Below, piece by piece: positions 8,599 to 18,071 of a stretch of DNA of 64,000 bases; the first letter of the stretch is position 1, and each line of letters begins with the position of its first letter. Below the pieces are notes generated by a model. It was not told where the DNA came from. It was given only the letters and a program-made list of their open reading frames with translations, and made no database searches. Position numbers and translations under genes: made by a program. This DNA is from a virus. The stretch covers positions 6,934 to 70,933 of IMG/VR virus record IMGVR_UViG_3300031539_010038, one strand, 5' to 3'.

Positions 8599-8799
8599 AT
8601 GTCAGCTATGCCTGGGCAAAAAAGTAAAAATACGCCAGTAGCAACTGTTAAGTTGGTAAAAATAAAGACCCCTCCTCCGATGGAGAAGATAACTCATATC
8701 GAGGAGGAGGAGGAAGTAACTGTAGTTTCTTTTCTAAAGAAAAGAAGTAGCACTCAATATTCATTTATTGCTCCAAGAAAGAAAAAGAAAAATGATTAA
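8599..8799 (+). CDS. Hypothetical protein
   Basis: 66-aa ORF within the operon. Confidence 0.55.
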   Translation: MSAMPGQKSKNTPVATVKLVKIKTPPPMEKITHIEEEEEVTVVSFLKKRSSTQYSFIAPRKKKKND

Positions 8800-9172
8800 A
8801 GCAATAGGCCTTGCGTGTCTTGTTTTGACAGCGTGCTATCCGGTTTTTCATGGTACATCCTCATTAAATCAGGGAGCCCTCGTTATGGGCTCCAAGGACT
8901 GGAAATCTAAGGATGTTTGTCTCGATGGTGCAAAAGAATGTGTTCCAATCATTTACGGCCCGGTTGCTTTAACAAGGTTCTATGCAAGCCTTGGATGCAA
9001 AGATCAGGTGGTAATTAATCATTACCATGACGGGATAGCTATTGAATTATATCCTCCCATTACGGTAACAAGCGGAGAATTTGTTCTTGGTGTGGGAGAT
9101 TATTTAGAAGCAGAAACAATAGTAAAACCCAAATATAATAGTCAATGCTTGATTGTTTGGGAAGCTAATTAA
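8792..9172 (+). CDS. Putative lipoprotein
   Basis: MIKAIGLACLVLTA-C lipobox-like signal. Confidence 0.65.
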   Translation: MIKAIGLACLVLTACYPVFHGTSSLNQGALVMGSKDWKSKDVCLDGAKECVPIIYGPVALTRFYASLGCKDQVVINHYHDGIAIELYPPITVTSGEFVLGVGDYLEAETIVKPKYNSQCLIVWEAN

Positions 9173-9180
9173 ATTAAAAT

Positions 9181-9270
9181 AGAAAGGTGCCCGAGTCTGG
9201 TTGAAGGGGGCTGCTTGGAAAGCAGTTGATCGTAAATAGCGATCCGTAGGTTCGAATCCTATCCTTTCTG
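9181..9270 (+). tRNA. tRNA-Ser(GGA)
   Basis: AGAAAGG/CCTTTCT-G73; anticodon arm GCTGC-TTGGAAA-GCAGT; long variable arm; TTCGAAT T loop; followed by CAA, not CCA. Confidence 0.93.
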
Positions 9271-9283
9271 CAAATTGGATAAT

Positions 9284-9595
9284 ATGGATTGGAAAAACAA
9301 GATTATTTCAAGATTGAGCGCTGGCCAAGTTGCAATATTCAAAATAACATCACATGATTTAGATCCCATAGTACCCTGCAATTCGGAAGTTATCTTGGGG
9401 CCAATTGCAAAAACAAGTTGTCTTCAGGTGCAAGATATTGTTTTTGCAACATTAAATGAAAAATCATATCTCTATCAGATTGATGATAAGAAAGATGATT
9501 TTTTTGAATTCAGAAGCTTAAGAGGAAGATCATTAGGAACATTCTCAAAAAATATAATTCATGGGTTGGTAATTCTAATTAAGCATTCGTCATGA
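9284..9595 (+). CDS. S24/S26 peptidase-like protein, probably catalytically degenerate
   Basis: Fold-like pattern (L.P.V...DIV), but the GxSMxP Ser and the general base are not conserved. Confidence 0.45.
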   Translation: MDWKNKIISRLSAGQVAIFKITSHDLDPIVPCNSEVILGPIAKTSCLQVQDIVFATLNEKSYLYQIDDKKDDFFEFRSLRGRSLGTFSKNIIHGLVILIKHSS

Positions 9596-9870
9596 GACAT
9601 CGAAAAAAAGGTATAAAGAAACAACACAGCACCATAATGGGGCTGTTTTCTTTTTTGGAGGAAATATCAGATTGGGAGGAAATCACAGGCTCAATTCCTG
9701 GTAGAATCAATCCAATAAAAGGTAAATACGATGGTGTTTTACAAATTCAGTATATTACTCCAACAGGAGTAAAGTGCCTCTGGTTTGCGAACTCTGCTAC
9801 GCAAGAAATATTTCTTATTAGCAATATGAGCAAGCAATTGGAGCTTAGATTAAAAGAAAAGATCAAATAG
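9592..9870 (+). CDS. DUF2103-like protein
   Basis: KKQHSTIMGL..FLE...IPGRI...TPTGVK pattern. Confidence 0.6.
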   Translation: MRHRKKGIKKQHSTIMGLFSFLEEISDWEEITGSIPGRINPIKGKYDGVLQIQYITPTGVKCLWFANSATQEIFLISNMSKQLELRLKEKIK

Positions 9871-9901
9871 CATGTATCTTTTATTGATTCGTCGAGATAA
9901 G

Positions 9902-10333
9902 ATGTCTTTCATCTTAAAAATTAAGATGAAGAAGGCTCAAGATGATCCGTGGGTGCTGTATTTGGTGGTCAATAAGGACCTAAATATGGGATTGGGAAAA
10001 GTTGCTGCACAATGTGGACATGGCGTTGGGCAGCTCGATATTTATCATGAGAGTATCTTGACGAAGAGTCTTCAAGGCAAAAAGTTATCGAAGCAGGAGA
10101 TGGCTCATTTCGATAGAGTTTCTTCTTGGAGAAAAGACTCATTTCGGAAGATAGTTCTTGAGGGGTCTAATAAGACCTGGAATAGATTAAAAAGCCTAGA
10201 TTGCAAACATTTTATTGTTAGAGATGCCGGATTCACAGAAGTATCTCCTGGATCTGAAACGGTAATAGCATATTTGCCTATGCAAAAATCTCAAGTGCCA
10301 GAGCTTCTGGCTAAACTTCGACTACTTAAATAA
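9902..10333 (+). CDS. pth2: Peptidyl-tRNA hydrolase, Pth2 type
   Basis: DLNMGLGKVAAQCGH, RKIVL, VRDAGFTEVSPGSETV, KLRLL. Confidence 0.92.
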   Translation: MSFILKIKMKKAQDDPWVLYLVVNKDLNMGLGKVAAQCGHGVGQLDIYHESILTKSLQGKKLSKQEMAHFDRVSSWRKDSFRKIVLEGSNKTWNRLKSLDCKHFIVRDAGFTEVSPGSETVIAYLPMQKSQVPELLAKLRLLK

Positions 10334-10758
10334 TGAAATACGAATCATATGGGAGGGTATTTGAGGATCATAGCCACAAAAAATGGTGGCTATTCATCAG
10401 AGCCGATTCTTCCATTTCTCATTACTATTGCTGGCTTATGTCTCGTTATGGTATTGCGATGAATCCTGGAAATAGGCATGGCTCACATATTTCTATTGTA
10501 CAAGGGGAAACTCCAAAAGATAAAGTTTGCTGGGGGGCGCTTATTGGAGCAAAAGTTGAGTTTAAATACTCAAGTCTTATTAAGTACAATGGCCTACATG
10601 CCTGGGTTGAGGTTCAATCAAAGCAAATGGAGGAAATAAGAAAGTCGCTAGGCCTATCTGCTACACCATGGCATAGATTCCACCTGACAATTGGCCAGTG
10701 TCAATTTCCAGTCATTGGAGCAACTAAACAATCAGGAATAATAAAGATTGAGCCATGA
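10333..10758 (+). CDS. 2H phosphoesterase (Acb1/LigT-like superfamily)
   Basis: Two Hx[S/T] motifs: HISI and HLTI. Confidence 0.75.
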   Translation: MKYESYGRVFEDHSHKKWWLFIRADSSISHYYCWLMSRYGIAMNPGNRHGSHISIVQGETPKDKVCWGALIGAKVEFKYSSLIKYNGLHAWVEVQSKQMEEIRKSLGLSATPWHRFHLTIGQCQFPVIGATKQSGIIKIEP

Positions 10759-10919
10759 GTAAAAAGAAAAAAAAGGAATCTCCTTGGCTTAATACTAGAG
10801 AGATTCTCTCATCTGAAATGTATAAGCTTTTTCAATATGGCCCAGCTATGCAGGATGTATTAAAACATTATGAAATATATCTCAAAGAGATTAAAAAGAA
10901 GAGCAAAGGTTCCGCTTGA
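10755..10919 (+). CDS. Small basic hypothetical protein (54 aa)
   Basis: ATGA overlap; MSKKKKKESPWLN... Confidence 0.5.
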   Translation: MSKKKKKESPWLNTREILSSEMYKLFQYGPAMQDVLKHYEIYLKEIKKKSKGSA

Positions 10920-10943
10920 CATCTGCCGCCAGGCTGCTATCAT
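10916..10943 (+). promoter_or_regulatory. Sigma70-type promoter with extended -10
   Basis: TTGACA-N16-TATCAT with TGn immediately before the -10. Confidence 0.7.
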
Positions 10944-11171
10944 AGTCTTATGAGCGAAAAGGTTGAAACCAACCTGGTTGATGGTAGAAACATTGTGGCC
11001 ATAATTTCTTTTAAGAATTCTTGTCTAGATATGGAGTGGGACTGGGAGGCCTTTAAGGTTGATGGTGAATGATAGATCCTCACAATACAGTGAGCGAACT
11101 AGTAAGTTTATCCAAGCGCTAATAAAATGTCATATAATAGTTCTATTAGAACACATAAAGGAGGAGTATTA

Positions 11172-11573
11172 ATGAGCAATAAAAAAAGTGGTATCGAGCG
11201 CAAGGTGAAGGCTGGCACTGATGCCGTTACTGATACTTATTACAAGGTAAAGAAAGCTGTTGTTCAGCGCTTTGATGAAACACAAGTTAAGAATAAGACC
11301 TCACTGGAAAAGCTGCAAGATTTAGGACTTGTAGATGAGAACGGTAAGACGCAATATAAGAAAAGACTCCAAGAGATTTTTTCTGATGCCAGAAAAGTTC
11401 CCGAGGTTGCCAAGGAAGCCTTTCACGATTTGGCTGATAAAGTCATAGCGTATGATAATAAGAAAAAAGGAAAGGATCCACAGAAGAAGGAGCAGTCTTT
11501 ATTAGACTCAATTGAGCCGGATCATATCATTGAAAAGCATGTCAAAAGAATTCTATCAAGGGTTCATCACTAA
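11172..11573 (+). CDS. Hypothetical protein
   Basis: Strong GGAGGAG SD before ATG 11172. Confidence 0.7.
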   Translation: MSNKKSGIERKVKAGTDAVTDTYYKVKKAVVQRFDETQVKNKTSLEKLQDLGLVDENGKTQYKKRLQEIFSDARKVPEVAKEAFHDLADKVIAYDNKKKGKDPQKKEQSLLDSIEPDHIIEKHVKRILSRVHH

Positions 11574-11586
11574 GAAAGAAAAAAAA

Positions 11587-12075
11587 ATGCAAGAACTTTT
11601 AGAGTCTTTGAAAAGCTTGAGTGCCGATGAATTACGAAATGTTGTAAGAGAGGCTGTGGAACTTTTGCCTGAGGAGGTCCCTCCTCCGCCGCCTGAGGAG
11701 CCAAAACCGGCAGTATCTGATCAGGATGATGAACTCATAAGGGATGAATTTGGTGACATTTTTGATACTACTCAGGAGTATGGTGAGCTAAAAACACAAA
11801 TGCTTGTAAACCTTCATTACTATCTTTCCTGGCATTTAGATGAGAATAACGATCCTAAAGTTGAGATCGATGTGCATGACGTAGATCCTATTACTACAGA
11901 AAATGCTCTAGGCTTTCATAAGGTTCCAGATATAGATATGCCAAAAGATCTCTTAGATATTAAGAAAAATAAATTGGATCTAATCTCTAAATTCTTAGAG
12001 AAATGCAAAGAAATTGCATTAAAAAATGATGTGCCTTATGCACAGGTGGTGGAGCACTTCTACTTTAGTTATTGA
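11587..12075 (+). CDS. Hypothetical acidic protein
   Basis: ORF; likely start after the upstream stop. Confidence 0.7.
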   Translation: MQELLESLKSLSADELRNVVREAVELLPEEVPPPPPEEPKPAVSDQDDELIRDEFGDIFDTTQEYGELKTQMLVNLHYYLSWHLDENNDPKVEIDVHDVDPITTENALGFHKVPDIDMPKDLLDIKKNKLDLISKFLEKCKEIALKNDVPYAQVVEHFYFSY

Positions 12076-12076
12076 T

Positions 12077-12400
12077 ATGCTTGCAAGTATGGATATTCCT
12101 AGACGTCTAGACGTCTCTTGGAGCCCAGATGAAGACAATACTATAACCTGTATATGGGGGAGAATTGTTGTAGAATTTGCTCCGCTAGAGCAAAAGCTGA
12201 CGCAAAAACTTCATCATATTGTGTCTGTGTCCTTTAAGGACAAAGGATCAATAGATTTAGATTTGGATAAGCTAGATTTCCTCTATAGGGGAGAAATGAC
12301 AGAAGGCTCAAGCCTAGTCTTGACGGCTGATACGATGGCGAAGATAAAGCACTATGCTTTGTCTAATATGTCCTGGACTATATCTGATATTCACTTATAA
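12077..12400 (+). CDS. Hypothetical protein
   Basis: ORF within the operon. Confidence 0.6.
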   Translation: MLASMDIPRRLDVSWSPDEDNTITCIWGRIVVEFAPLEQKLTQKLHHIVSVSFKDKGSIDLDLDKLDFLYRGEMTEGSSLVLTADTMAKIKHYALSNMSWTISDIHL

Positions 12401-13023
12401 TGAAAAGCTTTCTTAAAGCCTCATTTGAGGTTCAAGTTCCGATCCATCATAACAAGTGGGTCCATATGTTTGTTCCATCTATTATAGGATTAGGAATATC
12501 TACTGTCTCTCTGATGCAAATAGAGAACCTTAGGTGCTACCAGCTAGTGGTAGCACCTATTATGCTATTTGCATTATTTGGTTTTGAGTGGATTGCAAAT
12601 AAATATTTCTTACATAGAAAGACTCAAATCTTTAGAGAATTATTTGATCTGCATGAAAGGGCTCATCATGTTCTTTTTTCTCACAAGGAAATGATAATGA
12701 AAGAAAGCTGGGAGAATTATTATGTAATGATGCCTCCATATGCTATAATTCTTATGTTATGTTTTATGTCTCCTGTCGTTTTAGGATTCGGTGTTTTATT
12801 TGGAACTAATATTGCTTGCATTCTTTTAATTACAGGGATGCTTTCCTTTTTGACATATGAATGGATGCATTGGATATATCATCAATCCTGGGCTCAAAAC
12901 TATAAAGCAATAAGATATTTGATGCAATTCCATAAGACCCACCATAACCCCAGTAATATGAATAAATATAATTTTAATGTAGTACTGCCGGTTTTTGATC
13001 TTATCTTAAAGACTTTTAAATAA
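12400..13023 (+). CDS. Fatty acid hydroxylase / sterol desaturase family membrane protein
   Basis: His boxes HERAHH, HWIYH, HKTHH; NFNV..P.FD; TM helices. Confidence 0.85.
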   Translation: MKSFLKASFEVQVPIHHNKWVHMFVPSIIGLGISTVSLMQIENLRCYQLVVAPIMLFALFGFEWIANKYFLHRKTQIFRELFDLHERAHHVLFSHKEMIMKESWENYYVMMPPYAIILMLCFMSPVVLGFGVLFGTNIACILLITGMLSFLTYEWMHWIYHQSWAQNYKAIRYLMQFHKTHHNPSNMNKYNFNVVLPVFDLILKTFK

Positions 13024-13040
13024 TTATCTGGGGCAAATAT

Positions 13041-13556
13041 ATGACCTCCTTAAATGTCATAAACAAATATAGAGCTTGGACAAAAGACCTAATTAAAGAA
13101 GATTTGGTTAAGCATCCTTATGCTATCTGTCTGGAGCATTGGGATGGAGATTTTAATCTTGGAACGGCCATTCGTAATGCCAATGCTTTCGGGGCTAAGG
13201 AGGTCTTCTATTTAGGAGGCAAGAAGAAATGGGATAGGAGATCTGCGGTAGGTACGCATAATTATACTGATGTTAAATTTCTTAATGACAGGGATGATTT
13301 AAATAATGTAAGGAAGACATATCCTTATTTAATTGGTATAGATAATATTCCTGGTGCTATCCCGGTGGAGTCCTATACTTTTCCAAGCAATTGTCTTCTT
13401 ATATTTGGAGAAGAGGGCCTCGGCCTGACAGATGAGACAATAGCCATGTGCGATCTTCTTATTGAAATAACAATGTGTGGTTCGGTGCGCTCATTAAATG
13501 CAGGAACCTCAACAGGAATTATTCTTCATAAAATAAACCAACAATATGCAATGTAA
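13041..13556 (+). CDS. SpoU/TrmH-family RNA 2'-O-methyltransferase
   Basis: NLGTAIRNANAFG, FGEEGLGL, ITMCGSVRSLN. Confidence 0.92.
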   Translation: MTSLNVINKYRAWTKDLIKEDLVKHPYAICLEHWDGDFNLGTAIRNANAFGAKEVFYLGGKKKWDRRSAVGTHNYTDVKFLNDRDDLNNVRKTYPYLIGIDNIPGAIPVESYTFPSNCLLIFGEEGLGLTDETIAMCDLLIEITMCGSVRSLNAGTSTGIILHKINQQYAM

Positions 13557-13947
13557 ATATTGTAAAAAGCAAAAGCTTGAGGCTATACCAGAATCATGGG
13601 AGCTTGCCAAGTATTGCACAGATGAATTGTACTGCAAAAAATGCAAAATGTCTTATATTTTTATGGACGATATTGTATTAAAGCAAATTGATGAGATTAT
13701 GCATGAGGATAGGGCGTATATAATACAATTTTCAGATAAATTTGAACAAGAGATATTTCTAGAATCGCTCAGAGCTTTTCGTGACTCTTCAAAAGAAGAA
13801 CTTGTTTCAACAATGTTTAACTTTGCCGACGAATCATCTTCTTTATTGCAAGGGGTAACATTTGCTGGAATAGATGTCTTGCGAGAGCTGTTGGGCGAAT
13901 CAGCAGAGTTAACAGAAATAGCGGAAGAGAAAATCAAACCGAACTAA
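13546..13947 (+). CDS. Hypothetical Zn-ribbon protein
   Basis: CKYC...CKKC. Confidence 0.65.
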   Translation: MQCKYCKKQKLEAIPESWELAKYCTDELYCKKCKMSYIFMDDIVLKQIDEIMHEDRAYIIQFSDKFEQEIFLESLRAFRDSSKEELVSTMFNFADESSSLLQGVTFAGIDVLRELLGESAELTEIAEEKIKPN

Positions 13948-13965
13948 GAAAAGGTAATATTAGTC

Positions 13966-14112
13966 ATGCTTCTTATTAAAAGTTATGGTAACGCTGAGAT
14001 TTTTCAATCAAAACACACAGGCGCCATCATAAAAACGTTACCCGGCAGCCGTGGGCTATCAGAAGTGATTGGTTTAAGCGGTCATCCTGAGAACTGGAAA
14101 AAGCTGTCGTGA
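13966..14112 (+). CDS. Small protein (48 aa), MLL..K/WxKL[TS] family
   Basis: MLLIKSYG...PENWKKLS*; not in the ORF track. Confidence 0.55.
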   Translation: MLLIKSYGNAEIFQSKHTGAIIKTLPGSRGLSEVIGLSGHPENWKKLS

Positions 14113-14160
14113 TAGTGGATATAAAACTCTTAATCAAATTCATGCAGTAAGGATAGTGTA

Positions 14161-14349
14161 ATGCTTCTATTAGATAAAATACAACAGGAAGATGTTTATA
14201 AATTTATCTCAGCATCCGAGCATCTAATAATTAGAGCTTGTGGTCAAGTGGGAATCTGTTTGGAAACCAACAAGAAGTACCGTAATGTTGGCGAGTCCGA
14301 ACATTACACATTTAACATCCATAAAGATTTATGGAAAAAATTAACTTGA
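14161..14349 (+). CDS. Small protein, MLL..K/WxKL[TS] family
   Basis: MLLLDKI..VYK ... WKKLT*. Confidence 0.65.
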   Translation: MLLLDKIQQEDVYKFISASEHLIIRACGQVGICLETNKKYRNVGESEHYTFNIHKDLWKKLT

Positions 14350-14362
14350 TATATAGATTTAT

Positions 14363-15211
14363 ATGGCAGATTCTCTGGCTGCAAGACAGCAACAATACGA
14401 AGAGGTGTCTAATATAGAGCTTACTCGAAGACTTCCGGTCATCATTAGATGTGATGGGCGAGGGTTCCACAAATTTACCAGCAAGCTGTCAAGACCTTTT
14501 AGTCCCTTATTGTTAGATGTTATGGTTCAGGCCATGACATATGCCGTTCAGGAGATGCCAGGAGCCATATTTGCATATCAGCAATCAGATGAAATTACCT
14601 TTGTATTAAGGAATGACCAAACGTTTGATACAGAGCCATGGCATCAAAATAAGGTGCAAAAACTTGCCTCTGCATCTGCTGCATTAGTAACATTTGGCTT
14701 TAATAAAGCCTTAATGCAATGTGATCCAAAGCTTAGCACGGTAGGAGACGCTTTATTTGATGCTAAGGTATTTACTCTTCCATACTATAATGAGGTCCTA
14801 AATCATCTTATTTGGAGGCAACAGGATTGCATTCATAATGCAGTTTCAGCGGCTGCCTCGACAGAACTGACAAAAAAGATTGGAAAAAAGACGGCAAGGA
14901 AACTTGTTCACAACAAAAGTATATCTGAAAAAGTAGATCTGCTTCGAACAAATTGCAAAATTGAATATAATAAGCATTACCCTTCTCCATTTAGAAGGGG
15001 GGTCTTAGCGTGCAAGGTGCCAATAGCTTATCCTACAAAGGAAGGCGAGGTGACTCGTAATAAATGGATAATTAATTCTGAAATACCTATATTTTCAGAA
15101 GATCGTGATTATATATATAATATTCTGATAAATGGTAGAGACGTGTTTAGAACAGGGATAACTAATGCAGAAAAAGCTAATATATCTTCAGTTGACAGAT
15201 CTTCATCTTAA
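14363..15211 (+). CDS. Thg1-like tRNA(His) guanylyltransferase / 3'-5' polymerase
   Basis: IIRCDGRGFHKFT, YQQSDEIT, FDAKVF, WRQQDC..N. Confidence 0.93.
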   Translation: MADSLAARQQQYEEVSNIELTRRLPVIIRCDGRGFHKFTSKLSRPFSPLLLDVMVQAMTYAVQEMPGAIFAYQQSDEITFVLRNDQTFDTEPWHQNKVQKLASASAALVTFGFNKALMQCDPKLSTVGDALFDAKVFTLPYYNEVLNHLIWRQQDCIHNAVSAAASTELTKKIGKKTARKLVHNKSISEKVDLLRTNCKIEYNKHYPSPFRRGVLACKVPIAYPTKEGEVTRNKWIINSEIPIFSEDRDYIYNILINGRDVFRTGITNAEKANISSVDRSSS

Positions 15212-15980
15212 TTACTTATCAGAAGAGAATCTTTCAGATTTTTATAAGCAATTGAATACCTTTGATGGTGAAGGCTTGTTCATAACAGGAGATACATCAA
15301 CGGGATCCCAGTTAATCTATCATATAGAACGTCTAGCACAGGAAGTAAGGAAGAATATCTATTTTGTACTAGGTAACCATGATTATTATCATTCATCGTT
15401 TAAAGAAACTGAAAAAAATATTGCCCGTCTTACGGAGAAATATTCTAATTTAAGGTATTTAACAAAGGAAAAAGTAACACCAATTTCTCCAAAAACAGCC
15501 TTAATTGGTCATGCCGGATGGTATGATGCTCGCTGGAGAGACCCATGGACTTCGATGGTATTTATAATAGATTGGTATTACATAAAAGACTTTCGCATAT
15601 TATATACTTTTGGAGACTGTCTTGCTTTAGCAAGGGAAAGAGCAGATAAGTCTGCAAAGATCATAGAAAAAAGATTATTAGAAGCATTATCTAAATTTGA
15701 TACAGTATATCTTTTGACCCACTTCCCTCCCTGGCCAGATAAAAGTTCAACTCTCTGGAGAAAAATAACTAAAGATTTTTGGATGCCATACAATTCTTCC
15801 AAGGTTATGGCCGAGATGCTTGAAAAGGTAATGAAAAACTATCCCGAAAAGAAGCTAATTATTCTAGCAGGGCATACTCATAAGAAAAGAGATGAACAAA
15901 TAGCCCCGAATGTAATATTGAGGGTAGGCCAGGCATCCTTTGGAAAAGTATATTTAGATGATATCTATGAAATAGATTAA
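15165..15980 (+). CDS. Calcineurin-like metallophosphoesterase (CpdA/Icc-like)
   Basis: TDLH, TGD, GNHD, THFPP, GHTH. Confidence 0.9.
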   Translation: MQKKLIYLQLTDLHLNYLSEENLSDFYKQLNTFDGEGLFITGDTSTGSQLIYHIERLAQEVRKNIYFVLGNHDYYHSSFKETEKNIARLTEKYSNLRYLTKEKVTPISPKTALIGHAGWYDARWRDPWTSMVFIIDWYYIKDFRILYTFGDCLALARERADKSAKIIEKRLLEALSKFDTVYLLTHFPPWPDKSSTLWRKITKDFWMPYNSSKVMAEMLEKVMKNYPEKKLIILAGHTHKKRDEQIAPNVILRVGQASFGKVYLDDIYEID

Positions 15981-16006
15981 TACTCTCATATAATTATAGG
16001 AATATT

Positions 16007-16993
16007 ATGAGCAAATTTACCAATATTTTACGATATGCCTCGACATTTGAGAAATTATCTAAAGATCCCGATCTAAAGCCATATAGGGAAAAGGCGGATA
16101 GCGCCGAGGTGGAGGATCTGGCCGCAAAAGCATTGAATGATCATAAAGAAGAAGATGTTGATTTATCATTTCATGATCAGCATTATGGCTGGTTTATGTG
16201 GGATTCAAAAGAGAAGAGACATAAGCAGACAGATTTAAATGATTTCGAGGCGAATGATACATTGAAAGATGTTAGAAAGTCTGTTCATTCATTGAAGAAG
16301 GTTAAGCTAGAAGATTATAGTGGGATTAGGAGCGAGGCCGCAGATAAGTGGCTCAAAAAGGCTGTAAAAAAGCCGGATAGCGTCGCGCGCGTCAGTGAAG
16401 ACAACCTTTCCCTTATGGTGATCTTGGAGAAGAACGGGCACAAGAGAGCCTGGATGACCGAAGCCTTGGCAGAGGCCCAGCAACTGGCCAAAAAACCAGG
16501 TAACGAGAGCTGGTCACTTGAGGATCTCGTTGATGTTATCCTTGAGGATTGGCTGGGCCGGGAGGCTAGAGAGGAGGCCCATCATGCTCTGAACCTGTTT
16601 CAGGCTTTTCTAAGGAACCGCTCTTTTGAACGTCAGTGGTACGCCCAGGTCAAGCGAGACCAAGAAGTTGTCAAGGTTCTCCGTGGCCCCCTCCACATCG
16701 ATGAACTTGACCTCAAAATCTATCAGTTCGTTCGGGGGAGGCCCAAGTGGATGACCTGGGTGTTGGAAGATGCTCGCTCCAGCTTCTCTGAGAACGGTAA
16801 GTCTGAAGAGTGGGATTCTACCAACTTGTCCATGGTCGAGGGCTATGTTGAATTTGCGCTTGCTGAGTTGTTCGACCGCGACCTGCGCGGACACGCCTTT
16901 GACTTGATGTGGAAGTTTGTCAAGAGTCCCTCGTTTGAGCCCTCCTGGTATGCTGCTGTTGAGGCTCTCAGCGGGGTAAACCCGAGCGAATAG
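16007..16993 (+). CDS. Hypothetical protein with a duplicated, GC-rich C-terminal domain
   Basis: Two copies of WMT..L..A ... SFE..WYA.V. Confidence 0.75.
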   Translation: MSKFTNILRYASTFEKLSKDPDLKPYREKADSAEVEDLAAKALNDHKEEDVDLSFHDQHYGWFMWDSKEKRHKQTDLNDFEANDTLKDVRKSVHSLKKVKLEDYSGIRSEAADKWLKKAVKKPDSVARVSEDNLSLMVILEKNGHKRAWMTEALAEAQQLAKKPGNESWSLEDLVDVILEDWLGREAREEAHHALNLFQAFLRNRSFERQWYAQVKRDQEVVKVLRGPLHIDELDLKIYQFVRGRPKWMTWVLEDARSSFSENGKSEEWDSTNLSMVEGYVEFALAELFDRDLRGHAFDLMWKFVKSPSFEPSWYAAVEALSGVNPSE

Positions 16994-17103
16994 TCCTTCT
17001 TGTCAAGTTCTTCTGGTCTGAAATGAGAGCATTAGCTCTTGGAATAAGAATGAAGGGAGGAGATGTTCCTGGTGGTAAAAAGAAAAAAGGACTATAAACC
17101 CCA

Positions 17104-17976
17104 ATGAGGACTCTTATTATTGGAGCATCTGGTCAGGTAGGACGCCTGATATTCCATCAATTATATAAGACGAACAAAACAGTACATGGCACTTATCTTT
17201 CTAAGCAAGAAGGAAGTAAAAAATACTGTCATAAATTGGATGTTTCTAAATATAATGACGTAAAAAGGCTTTTTGAAGAGGTTGCTCCAGAAATAGTATA
17301 TCTTGCTGGGGCGGCAACCAATGTGGATTGGTGCGAATCTAATTCAAAAGAATCATATAACATAAATGTTATCGGTACAAAGAACGTTGTAGACCTTTTA
17401 CCAGATAATGCTACTTTAGTATTTTTTTCCACCGATTATATTTTTGATGGGGCTGAGGGGCTATACAATGAAAAAGCAGCCCCGAATCCTATTTGTCAAT
17501 ATGGTGAACAAAAATTAATAGCAGAACATTATATCCTTTCGCAAGGTAAGCAGGCCTATATATTAAGAACTCACGGTGTTTTTGGGCATGATATTCAAGG
17601 AAAAAATTTTCCGATGAGGCTTGTGTCTAATTTGCTAGCTAACATTGTAATAAAGTTACCGTCTGATGAGTATGGAACTCCTACATATAATGAGGATCTG
17701 GTAAATTTTGCTGTCAATGGTATTGACTCATGCTCCCCAGGAGTATATCATGTCGCCGGGCCGGATAATTTATGCAGATATAAATTTGGGCTAGAACTTG
17801 CCAGATTGCATAAGCAGGATGCTTCTTTAATATTTCCGACATATTCCTCAGCTATTTCAAGGCCTGCTAGAAGGCCATTAAATGGCGGGCTAACTACAAT
17901 CCATAAGAATCTTATTAAAACAAGATCTTTTTATGAAATTTATGGTGACAAATCAAATTTGCATTACGGGATATGA
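17104..17976 (+). CDS. rfbD: dTDP-4-dehydrorhamnose reductase-like SDR
   Basis: GASGQVG, TNVDWCE, STDYIFDG, YGEQK, PARRP. Confidence 0.88.
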   Translation: MRTLIIGASGQVGRLIFHQLYKTNKTVHGTYLSKQEGSKKYCHKLDVSKYNDVKRLFEEVAPEIVYLAGAATNVDWCESNSKESYNINVIGTKNVVDLLPDNATLVFFSTDYIFDGAEGLYNEKAAPNPICQYGEQKLIAEHYILSQGKQAYILRTHGVFGHDIQGKNFPMRLVSNLLANIVIKLPSDEYGTPTYNEDLVNFAVNGIDSCSPGVYHVAGPDNLCRYKFGLELARLHKQDASLIFPTYSSAISRPARRPLNGGLTTIHKNLIKTRSFYEIYGDKSNLHYGI

Positions 17977-17997
17977 GCTAGGCAAGGTCGGAAAGAC

Positions 17998-18026
17998 TTG
18001 ACCTGGGCGAGCGAATCGCCTATACT
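17998..18026 (+). promoter_or_regulatory. Sigma70-type promoter
   Basis: TTGACC-N17-TATACT. Confidence 0.75.
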
Positions 18027-18071
18027 ACTCATGAAGTTAAATCGCACTTTGTCATAGGAGATGATGTTATC

